Below, one piece after another: positions 1 to 11,540 of a DNA stretch of 64,000 nt. The DNA is from Octopus sinensis (Eukaryota). Both the position numbers and the translations under genes were made by a program. Within the stretch, counting starts at the first letter, position 1, and the number at the start of each line of letters is the position of its first letter. The stretch covers positions 97,402,001 through 97,466,000 of the forward strand of contig NC_042998.1 in NCBI RefSeq assembly GCF_006345805.1, read 5' to 3'. The notes beneath the pieces were generated by a model, which was not told the origin of the DNA, made no database searches, and saw only the letters and a program-made list of their open reading frames with translations.

Positions 1-160
1 TCTGTCATTACGTTTTGAGTTCAAATTCTGCCGGGATCGACTTTGCCTTTCATCCTTTCGGGGTCGATAATTTAAGTACCAGTTGCGTACTGGGATCGAT
101 CTAATCGACTGGTCCCCTCCCCCAAAATTTCGGGCCTTGTGCCTAGTGTAGAAAAGAATA
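1..160 (+). mobile_element. SINE family B copy, cut by the window edge, CpG-intact
   Basis: gagttcaaattctgccgggatcgactttgcctttcatcctttcggggtcgat core shared with 3339-3570 and many other copies. Confidence 0.8.
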
Positions 161-713
161 TTTAGCACTAAATTAGGGTGCACTGAATAACGGGTGCAAC
201 TTAAACAGAAATAGATTTGGTATGAGTGTGATTTTTCTCTCTCGAGAAAACTCATTTTTTTAGATTCTGCTCATATACATATCGCTGCAGGTAGGGTGAA
301 CAATTTATGTTTTAATGTTTTAATCAACAATACACTGTTAACTTATGTAATTTACCATTACTAAGAAACAGACAAAGGTGTCGTCTATAAAACAGAGAAA
401 TGATTGTAAAACGGAAAAGATGAACGGGCGGCAAATCGAGAATCGCAGTGTGAACGGAAACAATTGAAAAATTGTAAGGCTATTGCGAAATTTAAACCAG
501 GTTATTAATTGAGTTTTGAAGTGGAACAAGAATTCCAATAATCCATCAGAGGAACTCAAGACTGAAGATGTTATTGTTATAGACGCTGAACATTATAAAA
601 GACATGTGTGAAGGATTTTACTGATACGTATTCACAGCAAAAATTAACGTTAAGCTCTAAAATTGAAGCAAATAATAAATTGCGTTTACATAGTCAAGGA
701 TTTTTATTTTCTA

Positions 714-1991
714 TTAGGTTGTCAAGAAAGTTCTTGAGGAATTTTAAATTTTGGTTTTAAATAATGTATTTTCAAATTAATTTTCGTTAAATTACTTTGA
801 CTTTATATATCATTTTAAAGACCGTTGTTTGCTCTGTCTAATCGTGTTACTCTTTTTCCTTTTGAATAATTAGGCCATTTTTTCCGGAAGGTTGAATACA
901 ACATGGACAAAAAGCAAATTCGCACTATTTTCTTATTCCAGTTCAAGCTAGGCCGAAAAGCTGCTGAAACAGCTCGCGATGCGTTTGGCCCAGGAACCAC
1001 TAACAAACCTACAGCACAATAGTGGTTCAAGAAATTTCGCAGCGGTGACCAGAGTCTTGAAGATGATAAGTGTAGTGGTCGGCCAATAGTTGACAACGAT
1101 CAACTAAGAGCCTTAGTCGAAGCCAATCCACACACAACTGTTCGAGAGCTCGCTTCTGAATTAGACGTAACGTATACAATTTCTAACCACTTGAAAGAGA
1201 TTGGAAAAATAAAAATACTTGAGAAATGGGTACTACATAAATTGAACCTCAACCAAAAAAAAAAAAAAAAAATGCCGTTTTGAAGTGTCGTCTTCCCTTC
1301 TTTTATGCAACAAGAACGACCCGTTTCTCGACTGGATTGTGACTTGCAATGAAAAGTGGATTCTTTACGACAACTAGCGATGCTCAGCTCAATAGTTGGA
1401 CGCCGACGAAGCTCTATGGCACTTCCCGAAGCCAAAGTTGCACTAAAAGACGGTCATGGTGACTGTTTGGTGACCTGCGGCCTGTCTCCTCCACAGCTTT
1501 TTGGATCCAGGCGAAACTATTACGGCGGAGAAGTACTGTCAGCAAATGGACGGAATGCATAAGAAACTCCAACAACAACAGCCAGCATTGGTCAATAGAA
1601 AAGGACCAATTCTTCTCCACGACAACGCTCAGCTGCACGTCGCACAACTGACCCGGCAGAAGTTGAATGAATTAGGCTACAAAATTCTGCCTCATCCGCC
1701 ATACTCACTAGACCTCTTGCATACCAACTACCACTTTTTCAAGCAGCTCGACAACTTCCTGTGTGAGAAATGCTTCAAAAACCAAGACGATGCCAAACAC
1801 GCCTTCAAAGACTTCATCGCCACCATCACGCAGGATTTTTACGCTACTGGCATAAATAAACTTGTTTCGCGTTGACAAAAGTGTGTTGAATCTGATGGTG
1901 TTTATTTCGATTAATAAAGGTTTGCTTGAGCCGAGATATGTGCATCTGAATTTAAAGGTTAAAAGCCGCAAGAACTTTCTTGACAACCTAA
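714..1991 (+). mobile_element. Full-length mariner (Hsmar1/cecropia-like, DD34D) with disrupted transposase
   Basis: TIR ttaggttgtcaagaaagttcttg / caagaactttcttgacaacctaa with TA on both sides. Transposase from ATG at 903 (MDKKQIRTIFLFQFKLGRKAAETAR) through CNEKWILYDN, HDNA and PHPPYSLDL to about 1915, broken by stops and frameshifts. Confidence 0.95.
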
Positions 1992-2039
1992 TATTTTGTT
2001 GTATAATTTATACAAAGAAAAACAAAGTAAAAAAAGAGA

Positions 2040-2505
2040 CATCAACGCAGCACTAAGTGTCTCAGTTGGTCGCACGCCACAAGGTTCAGCGGAACCTGCT
2101 GAAGTAAGCCGACACGCTGGCGGCATTACCACAGGCGATGGCAAGGCTAACGTGTTGGAAAATCCAAGCACTCTCACGGGCATCACAAGCTGCAAACGAC
2201 GACAAGAATTTCACCGTTAGTGGCCCAACTTCTCCAAATGTCTCAAACGTCACAGGCTAGAAGAGATAGTGCACTCTCAGGTCCCGATACTTCAGGGCTT
2301 TGTTCCGTTCGGCTACGGAAGCAGTGACGCTCCCATTTACCACAGCATCTAGGATGAGGGAGGGAGCCAAAGAGTCACAGACTGTGGCGTCCCAGATGAG
2401 GCATCTACCTCTTACTCAGGGACAAAGGGTAAGACCATCTGGTCTCTTTCCATCATTTCTGGATAATCCCGCCGGCTCCAGAAGTGAGGGGATATTAACC
2501 TGAGT
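2040..2505 (-). mobile_element. 3' fragment of a CRE-clade non-LTR retrotransposon (REL endonuclease)
   Basis: Minus-strand translation across a frameshift gives [35 protein letters not shown]...ERNKALKYRDL...PVTFETFGEVG...FQHVSLAIACGNAASV, the PD..D/K..KY/P..ET.G pattern of CRE-type elements. Confidence 0.8.
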
Positions 2506-3338
2506 CAGGGCCCACTCAATGATCAAGTTTAGTTTTGTGTGAATATGATTTATGAATTAGTAGGCCTCTCATTTTTTTTTAAACTTGAAAATACAAATGA
2601 TGGCACTTATATAGATTGAGACGGAAACAAAATTTCCTGATTCCACAAACGTGAACAGAAGTACAAATGACAAATTTTATAAAAGCGCTCTACAAATTCT
2701 ACTTAAAGGTGACGGTCGAACATGTTTATAGTTTTTATTGCCACAGTCAGCAGTGATGAACATTTTAGTCCGCATTGCAATAAAAAGAAATCATGAAATA
2801 AAAAATACCTGCCAAGGAAAACTTGTAAGGAGTGCCTCCAACTATCATTTAGTTCAAAACCAAACAATAATTAACACTTAATTGTTCTTAATGTTATCAG
2901 ACCGTTTATAGGGCTTATAGAATACCAAAATTATTCGAAAACCTGCTATTTTTCAAACTGACAGGTTTTAAAACAACTGGATTGTGTCACCCGGCTCCTT
3001 TGTCTGTACCACATGAGACAGATTGCTCCTCGGATTCGATCCTACAAAAATCATCAAACTTTCATTTTTTGTCTTCATTTGATTATCAATTGGTTTCACA
3101 TTTATTTAGTTTTGTTCATTTGTTTTACAACAGTTGCATTAAATAAGTTGGTTCAGCGAGCATATAGTTTTTTGGATTCGATCCTACATTAGCTCTGTGC
3201 ATTTCGATTCAAGGATGAGCTAGTATTACCACATTCGGTAATTTTTTAAACACCGATAACCTACAGACGCAGATAACCAACATGCCAGCTGACATATTTT
3301 ACAAACACATTTTGTGGCAGCTATAATGAAATATTAAA

Positions 3339-3570
3339 TGGCGGCGACCTGGCAGAAACGTTAGCGCGCCCGGCGAAATGCTTAGCAGTATTTCGTCTGT
3401 CGTTACGTTCTGAGTTCAAATTCCGCCGAGGTCGACTTTGCCTTTCATCCTTTTGGGGTCGATAAATAAAGTGCCAGTTTCGCACTGGGGTCGATGTAAT
3501 CGACTTAATTCGTTTGTCTGTCCTTGTTTGTCCCCTCTATGTTTAGCCCCTTGTGGGCAGTAAAGAAATA
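3339..3570 (+). mobile_element. SINE family B (ggcggcgacctggcagaa... head), young copy
   Basis: tRNA-like A/B boxes (tggcagaaacgttag; gagttcaaattcc). Near-identical inverted copy at 26163-26402, and more diverged copies near 22737, 32930, 33535, 46228, 52985-54660, 55832, 58500 and 61475. Confidence 0.85.
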
Positions 3571-5049
3571 TATAATGAAATGTTAACAGATATCAAAGGA
3601 ACGACCGTGGCTTTCGCGTCAAAATAGAAAATGAAAGATCGAGAAAGTTCAAATTATCCTGCATAAGGCTGCGATCCAATGTCTCAAAAGAGATTATTTA
3701 ATTACTGCAGATCTCTTGCTTTGCAGGTTAGGCCATTTAAGACATTCTTTTACCTCATTTTTTTCATCTCTTTCTCTAATTTGCTTTCATTACTTCTACA
3801 ATATAGGTACGAGAGACAGCAGACACACCATTCATGTTCCTTTTCCTCTTTCTTTTTCCTCTGAGACACAGACATGAATTCAACATAGATAATATATTAT
3901 TACAACCTTCTGAGAGTTGAAACAACTGGAATAAACAATGAATTAAGAAATATCTTTATATTATTCATTCTTCAACGAAACTTCACAACATCATCGTCTA
4001 GTCGTAGTTATGCCGACATCAGTTTCCTTATAACAGCTGCAGTGTACACTTACCTCTCCCTTCATTTATACAATTATTTGCCCCAATTTATTATCATTTT
4101 CATTTAATACCACATCTGAAACCAAAAGAAAAGCATGCTGGTGGGGGAAATCGAAAAAGAAACAGTACATCGCAGAAAGTATAATTACTTACGAGAATTT
4201 TAAGTAGATTAATAAAGATCAAACAGATGCCTACTTTAGAAGTGAATTAATTTGTATCAGTTAAATATACAATTTCGTTCTTTATTTTACATCTGTTTAT
4301 TTTATATTTCGCGTACTGTCGTCCCTTAAGTGAGTTACATCTTCACACATTAGATGGTAGACATACAAAGATTGTATCTGAGGTGATGATCGGGAAATAT
4401 AGGAAGTTGAATGATTTGAATCTTTATTTGTGATTGTTTATATTTGTTTATAAACTCTTGAAATTCATAAATATGATTTTAATACATAATTGTAAACATC
4501 TCCAAAAGTAATGGAGAATGGAGGCAGCCATAAACAACGATGTTTTTCTAACACATTGAATTTCTGTGTGTGCGTCTGTGTGTCACTAATTCATATGTCC
4601 GAAAAAGAAGTCAGTCAGCTGTGGGCTCACACTTTACAAAACTGGGGCAAAAAGCAATGTTGTTGCTTTAGACATAGCAAAACTTTCGACAGTGTCTAAA
4701 ATGCGAATCTCCTATAAAATATCCTGTCTAAGAGTGTCACCCATATCTCAGCTTCAACTGATAGCTTCCTATCACATTACGCAAAGCTCAAGCAAGGTCC
4801 ATAATGAACGATGCTGTTACTACATATATAGATATCCTGGACTGCATCCAAATAAGACCTACTCGACTGATTGGCACTAAATCAGGAACAGAATTTCCTG
4901 CCTTGCTCCAAATGTCTAATACTGTGTCTATTACCGCGGAAGCTTGTATCAAACTGAAATGAGCATGTCTGAGGGTCTACCAGTGTCACTTAGAGTATGT
5001 ATGGTGTTTACAGACAAAGTAAACACCATACATACTCTAAAAGACAAAT

Positions 5050-5128
5050 AATATATACATAATATAAATAACATATATATGTATATATATATATATATAA
5101 TATATATATATATATATTATATATATAT

Positions 5129-5191
<63 letters not shown>

Positions 5192-5422
5192 GCATATATA
5201 CATACGTATGTGTACATACATATATATATATATATATATATGTGCATATGTGGGCACATGACGTCACGAACGTGTACAACAAAGTGTATGAAGCATGAGT
5301 TCATGGACCATGAACTAAACTATTCTTTCGAACAGCGAAAGACACAAATGGAAAACAAAACAAACAACTTAAAGAACGACCCTTCATCAGTAGTTGGCTG
5401 TTTTCCTAGTCTCCTATTTCGA

Positions 5423-5467
<45 letters not shown>

Positions 5468-5505
5468 CATATATATATATATATGTGTGTATGTATATAT
5501 ATATA
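5050..5505. repeat. Long (TA)n microsatellite blocks, representative of many in the window
   Basis: Seen directly. Other large (TA)n, (TACA)n, (CA)n and (TTA)n tracts lie at 13208-13330, 23480-23585, 38353-38775, 41285-41358, 47600-48065, 51905-52080, 53818-54165, 57320-57545 and 58320-58390. They generate most ORFs in the supplied track. Confidence 0.95.
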
Positions 5506-5599
5506 TGTACGAAAGTGCTGAGATTGCTGTCCTCGTCAGTTATTTATATTGCATATCCTCAAGAAATGCATGCATCCATATAGGTCAGCCCTTTATAGG

Positions 5600-6500
5600 T
5601 AAGATAGCTTGGCAATCTCAAACAAGATGAACACCCATACCATGGACAAATTCAGGAAGGACCTAATAAAAATATTCAAGGAACTCAGTCTGTGCACAAT
5701 GGTTACCACCAACCTGAGTATGGGCAAGTACTACCCTTACAAAGAACCCAACGAGGAAACTGTATACATCCACAGGAGCTCGAACCTCCCAACTGTTGTA
5801 ATTAGAAACCTAGTCTCAGGCATTTGTAGAAGAATATCCAGTCTCTCAGCTGATAGGGAGAGCTTTAATAGAGCTGCCCCCACTATAGTGACGCTTTGGC
5901 TAGGAGTGGGTTCATTGAGAAGTTAACATATATGGAGAACCCTCCCCCACTCAGCACCCAAAGAGGACCAAAAAGAGGAAAATAATCTGGTTCAATCCTC
6001 CTTGCAACCTAGAAGTTTCAACTAATGTAGCTAGGAGCTTCCTGTCGTTAATTAAGAATTACCCTAGGTACTAAAAGCTTTTAACCCACATAATGTCAAG
6101 GTGAGCTCCTCCTGCTTAGATAACATCACTTCTAATACCACATGCTACAACAGATGCAAACATGCACCAGCACAACTCCCAACTGTAGCTGTAATTTCTG
6201 AACCATACTAGCTGCCCTCTAGAAGAATCCTGCCTCTCAAGGGCTGTAGTCTATAGAGCCACTCTCACATCATCTGATGGCATCACAAGGCACTACACAA
6301 ATATGTAAACCAACAATTTCAAGGGAAGATACACACAGCACATGCACTCACTCAGCTTCAGAAATAGAGAGAATTCCACTTCTATATCTTGCTTCTTCTA
6401 GTGGATCTGTGATCCCTAGAATAAAACATCCAGCATCAAATGGCCTTTATTGACAGGGTGCCATGGAGGCAGAGCTGGCAATTACAAGCACTGGTCCTTT
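5600..6500 (+). mobile_element. Degenerate Penelope-like element, Naiad-type RT thumb/linker and GIY-YIG
   Basis: YYPYKEPNEETVYIHRSSNLP..VIRNLVSGICRRISSLS...WFNPP..VSTNVARSFL, then VVYRATL...Y....NNFKGRYTQH..S...ENSTSIS. The WFNPP motif and this GIY-YIG form match Naiad-type PLEs. Confidence 0.8.
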
Positions 6501-6540
6501 TTAATAATAATAATAATAATAATTATAATTATACATTATT

Positions 6541-7147
6541 TATATAATAATATATGCTCCATTTAAAGTGACTAAACCTAAACAATTGACTGAAAAGAGG
6601 ACCTGTGTGTGTTACTCTTCTCTGTAATTTACAGCCTTCGGGTTTGTTTACAAATTCATAAATATCATCATCATCATCATCATCGTTTAATGTCCGTTCT
6701 CCAGACTAAAATTAATCATACATTAAAATTGGCTGAAATTAATGGGTGAGTTATGTGGCTGAATTGGGTGTGTATGGAGCCATGTAAGCATTGATGTTAT
6801 GCTCAATTCCCAGTGGTTTGGCCCATGTTTTTTCAGTCAATTGTTTGAGTTTAGTCGATTTAAATGGAGCATATATTATTATATAATTAATATACAATTA
6901 ATGTTATTATTAAAATGGACCTGTAAGTCAATCTTCTTCATAATTTACAGCATTTGGGTTTGTTTACAAATTTATAAATATATATACTAGACTAAAATTA
7001 TCTATACATTAAAATTGGCTGAAATTGATGAGTGGGCGATGTGGCTGAACTGGGTGCATACGGAACCATGTGAGCATTGATGTTGTGTTCAATTCCCAGT
7101 GGTCCGCCTATGTTCTTTCAGTCAATTGTTTATGTTTAGTTGCTTTA
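6541..7147. repeat. Inverted-plus-tandem repeat unit (55-bp arm, ~230-bp unit, inverted arm, second unit, partial arm)
   Basis: 6541-6596 is the reverse complement of 6829-6885. 6599-6830 is repeated at 6917-7115, followed by a partial arm at 7116-7147. Confidence 0.8.
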
Positions 7148-7384
7148 TATATACATATATATATATACACAATGGGCTTCCACATCGTTTCCATTTATGA
7201 TATTCACTTGTATTGGTCAGGGCTTCAGGAAAATATTAAATAAAATCACCGATATTGTCTCATCTTAGTTTTTCAAATGTATACACACATGCACTGATAT
7301 ATGTGCACGCGTGTGCACACACACACACACACACACATGCACTTATATATACATGCATAGCAAGAATAGAAAGAGATTACTGAC

Positions 7385-7569
7385 CTGTATATAGAAATAT
7401 CCTGTAGGTGGCTCAATATTATCCACTTGGTAAACATCTTTATTACTTAAATTCTGATAAGGAGCATAGTTTCCAATGGGAGTACCTTTTAAATTAAGAA
7501 ATTCTACCTTTTCTAATAGGCCAGGTGCTGTTAAATTGCTGACTTTGATGTACAAGTTGGTTGGAATTC
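7385..7569 (-). CDS. HMCN1: Hemicentin-like internal exon: (G)IPTNLYIKVSNLTAPGLLEKVEFLNLKGTPIGNYAPYQNLSNKDVYQVDNIEPPTGYFYIQ
   Basis: Acceptor ttttatattttccag|GA, donor CAG|gtcagt. 185 nt, phase 1-0. Continues the frame of exon 19757-19981 and resembles HMCN1 GIPTYVLLNTSGISTPARIDLLELL...PPNEAFFLKVTG. Confidence 0.9.
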
Positions 7570-7719
7570 CTGGAAAATATAAAATTTATCTTATAAAAAC
7601 CAGAATCTCTTTGGGAATTAGCATTTTTAAGTTTCAGTTGCTGGTTTCTTGTCAATGTTGGTTTAAACATGTGGCTGTAAGAAATAATTATAAGAAATAT
7701 CAGATTATATGATGTGGCT

Positions 7720-8372
7720 ATCATCATCATCATCATTTAACGTCCGCTTTCCATGCTGGTGTGGGTTGGACGGTTTGACTGAGGACTGGCAAGCCAGGTG
7801 GCTGCACCAGGCTCCAATCTGATCTGGCAGTGTTTCTACAGCTGGATGCCCTTCCTAATGCCAACCATTCTGACAGTGCAGTGGGTGTTTTTATGTGCCA
7901 CCGACACGAGGGCCAGTTGGGCAGTACTGGCAATGGCCATGCTCAAATGGTGTTTTTATGTGCCACCTGCACAGGAGCCAGTCCAGTGGCACTGGCAATG
8001 ACCTTGCTCAAATGTTGCTTTTCACATGCCACCAGCACAAGTGCCAGTAAGGCAACGCTGATAACAATCATGCTCGAATGGTGCTTTTTACGTGCTACTG
8101 GCACAGGAGCCAGTCAGTGGCCCTGGCAACGATCACACTTGGATGGTTCTCTTAGCACCCCACTAGCACGGATGCCATTCATGCAGTGCTGTTATCGAAT
8201 TTGATTTTGATTTCACTTGCCTCAACAGGTCTTCGCAAGCAGAGTTTAGTGTTCAATGAAAGAAAAGCATGTATAAGTGGGCTTGTTACACCACTGGCAT
8301 AGACCATGGGTTATGGTCTCACTTGATTTGCCAGGTCTTCTCAAGCACAGCATATTTCCAAAGGTCTCAGTC
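7720..8372 (-). mobile_element. RTE-like 3'-end/SINE family with (GAT)n tail and internal ~60-70 bp tandem units
   Basis: catcatcatttaacgtccgctttccatgctgg... recurs near 11600, 14845-15175 (opposite orientation), 28895, 29720, 41150, 48545, 61790 and 63005. RTE assignment is inferred from the tail type. Confidence 0.7.
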
Positions 8373-11324
8373 AATGGATTTTATTTTTTCCTTGATTCTG
8401 TCATTGGACTATGGCCAAGCTAGGGCACCATTTTGAAAGATTTCAAGTCTGGTACTTATTCTATTGATCTCTTTTGCCAAACTGTTAAGTTACAGGGATG
8501 TTAAAACACTAAGAAAAAAACCCACATTTTTTCCCTATAGTATAATCAAGAGGAAGGGGTGTGTCAGTTACCTTTGGGTGACACCAAGATTGGGTGATGT
8601 TGATATGGTTTATGTTCAGTTTGAAGATAGGTAAGTTGACTTTGCAGGAAAAAATACAGAGTGGAAATTCAAGAGAATTGATGCTCAAGGGAATAAATAT
8701 TGGATAAAGTGGTTAATATAGGCTTGGAGGTGGGGATTCAGGAGGTGTGATAAAAGGAGAAGAAACAAATATAAATGGTACCCACAACTGAGAAAAACCA
8801 AATAGTAAACTCAGAGAAAATAACAAGTTAATTGATTTGAGCAGTAATACCTATTTGTTGTTGTTGTAGTTGTTTTTTCTTTTTTCTTTTTTTTGATAAT
8901 AAATGATAATTAAACTTCATGGATTTCATAGAAGTTAAAACTAAGGAATTAATATGGTTTGAATACAGTAATTACAACTGATGTTCAGTTGAAATGGTCA
9001 CTTGTTAGTTTGAAAAGTAATTAAATTGTTGAACACTAAACAGTCCCAGAGCAGGGATGAAAATCTGGACAAAGTATTTATGCGATATGAGAAAAAAAGA
9101 GTGAGAGAGTTATATAAACAGGAGAGTTTGAGCCAGATAAGAACTTTTTTGTAATTGCTTGATTTGCTGGAAATAATAGACAATTCTCCCTCAAATTATG
9201 CTCTTTTATCTTGAAAAGGACATGTTGCATAGGGGAAAATTTATGACTGGAGAGTCTTTGAATATATATCTGTCTGCTCTGTCAGAAATAATCTGAGGTT
9301 AACAGGGTCAGCTAGAATATATGGTTTACAGAAACTCAGATCTGAAGAGCCAACAAGCCAATACGCCTTGATGATGAAAAAGAGGCTGGAAAGTGTTGTT
9401 GTTGATGTTGAAACTGTTCTTTAACCTCAGGCCAACTCTTATTAAGTAGACCTGTGATCGAAGGTCATTCACCTATTATCATCATGTCTCTTTAGAGAAA
9501 TCTAGAACTATACTATCCAAAGTATCCTTTCCTTTTTCTTTAAGAAAGTAGGCTATGATTTAAGAAAGGTTTGACTTGCAAGTCTTCCTTATGCAAGGGT
9601 CATGTTGCCCTTCTCTGCATCATTCCAATTTTAGAGTATATTCTGCCAAGACTAAAGATTGTTTGTGAGTGTAGATTGTTTAACTGTTGCTATAGTTAGT
9701 TCTGCCCACACAGAATTATGACATTGAAATAACAACGTAGTAAAACCCATAAGTGACCTACATGTCTGCATGTATGACTGTTATTTCCACATTAACACTG
9801 TCTGAGCAAAAATCAAAATAAAAATGGTGCCTTCATTTACATTTTTCAGTAAGAAGAAAGTGAAAGTCCTGCACTTTCGGTGGCTTTGTCACTTTTTAAG
9901 TGTGAAAAGCCAGTGGAACGAAAATACTTTAATAAGAAAACAGGCAAAGGTTGGTGACAGGAGGAGCATCCAATTGTACAAATCTACTTTGGTAAGTTTT
10001 TTTTTATATGCCAGCACAGAAAGAAAGGAAAAAGAAAAAAAAAAATGATGAAGATGTTGATGATGACTGTTGTTGTGGTTTTAGCAATGGTAGTAACAGT
10101 AGTGGTGACTGAGGTGGTGGTGGTGGTAGTGATGATGATGATGATCATCACCCTCATGATGATGGTAGTGGTGGTGGTGTTGATGGTGTCTTCTCTGGTT
10201 TGATGTTGCAGTGTGTCTTGCTGTGGTCGTGTGAAATACAATGCAACAATTGTGACTATATTAATCTAGTTTTATTGTTTAAGCTATTTTTATTTAATCA
10301 GAAGTTTAAGTGATGGATGCAGCAGAAGTGATCATGGAATATTCTACAGTGGAATCGTTTTCTTTTTTGTTAAAAAAATATAGGGAGACTATCTCACCAC
10401 AAATTTATACAGAGAAATGAAACGTTGTGGATATTTTTGTAAGTATGCATGCTTTGAGTTTGTCTAGATCAGATTATAATAATTTTAGGATGGCATTGAA
10501 AGAGTGTTCTAGTATGTTTTTGATCAGAATAAAATGATTGGGTGCAGCTATTTGGGCACCTGGGATTTGGCACAGCTGACTGGACATTCAACCTGTTTTG
10601 GTGACAATATGTTTTGGCTCTGGAGGCAAACACATACACATATATATGCATATGTGTGCAGAAATATACACATACAGATAGAGTAAGAAAGAAAGGAAGG
10701 ATAGACATTACACATACATAAAAACATTAGATGCTCTCACAGTCACACACCACAAACAAAGAGAGGGGTGAGGGAAAAAACAAGAGAATTATTGAAATGT
10801 TTGATGCCAAATAAGTCAGTGTTGAATCACTGATACCAAATTTGCAGTGCCAAAACAGCTGTACCCAGAATGTTTTGTACCCATTTCTGTTGTGTTTAGA
10901 TGTTTGTGAGTGGTGGAATGGATCTATAGTTGCCCTGGCACTGGTTGTATGTATTAACTGTGACTGTGAATCGTTCGCCTTGTCTTTTTAGAACTTTGAG
11001 GTTAAGTATTTTAGTTTTGCTATGTGTTCTTCTTCATTTTAAGTCCATTAGCTCCTGGAGATAAAGTGAAACAATTGTCATGTTGAAGAAAGCTATTGAG
11101 TTAGAAACACTTGCTCATGACAACCCTCTTATCTGCAGATAAGAAGTCTGTTTTTTTCTTTAATGACATCTCAACTCTGGAGAATTCTTGATTTTTTGAG
11201 ATTATCTTCCTTTCTCAAGTGATCCTAATTGCCATTTCGTAATTATGCATGTCCTCTGAAGGTTTTAATAAATCAAGAATTTATGTTGTATAGTATTTAA
11301 TATACCTGTATTTGTCTATGCTGT

Positions 11325-11540
11325 TTAACCCTTTAGCATCCAGATTACTCTATCAAATATTCTGCTTATTTATTCACATTGTTTGGAATTAATTGTGTTA
11401 TCTTGTAGCTTTGAGATTTCAATGATGTGACTGCATATTTTTAGAATGACATTGTAGGGTAAGTGTGATAAACTGAATATGGCCAGTTTGAACATGAAAT
11501 GGGGACAATATTTTAGCCAGATGTGGCTGGTTTAAATGTT
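11325..11540. mobile_element. piggyBac-type MITE (TTAA-CCCTTTAGCAT left end)
   Basis: ttaa|ccctttagcat at the left end and a decayed gtttaaatgtta right end. Confidence 0.55.

Noticed and set aside
5600-6500. In-frame TGA as selenocysteine, as reported for some Naiad elements
   Set aside because: The fragment is too decayed, with mixed stops and frameshifts, and I could not recognise a SECIS element.
1-7384. Search for the following hemicentin exon (VTG...FQR)
   Set aside because: No matching frame found by eye. It is presumed to lie left of the window.
7781-7800. CTGAGGA followed by the hairpin ctggc-aa-gccag in the RTE-like family
   Set aside because: No GAAA or stem III follows, so it is not a hammerhead.
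8520-9300. Probable very old LINE remnants (also 40400-41100, 51240-51700, 59500-59950)
   Set aside because: Composition is suggestive, but no motif could be read with enough confidence to assign a family.
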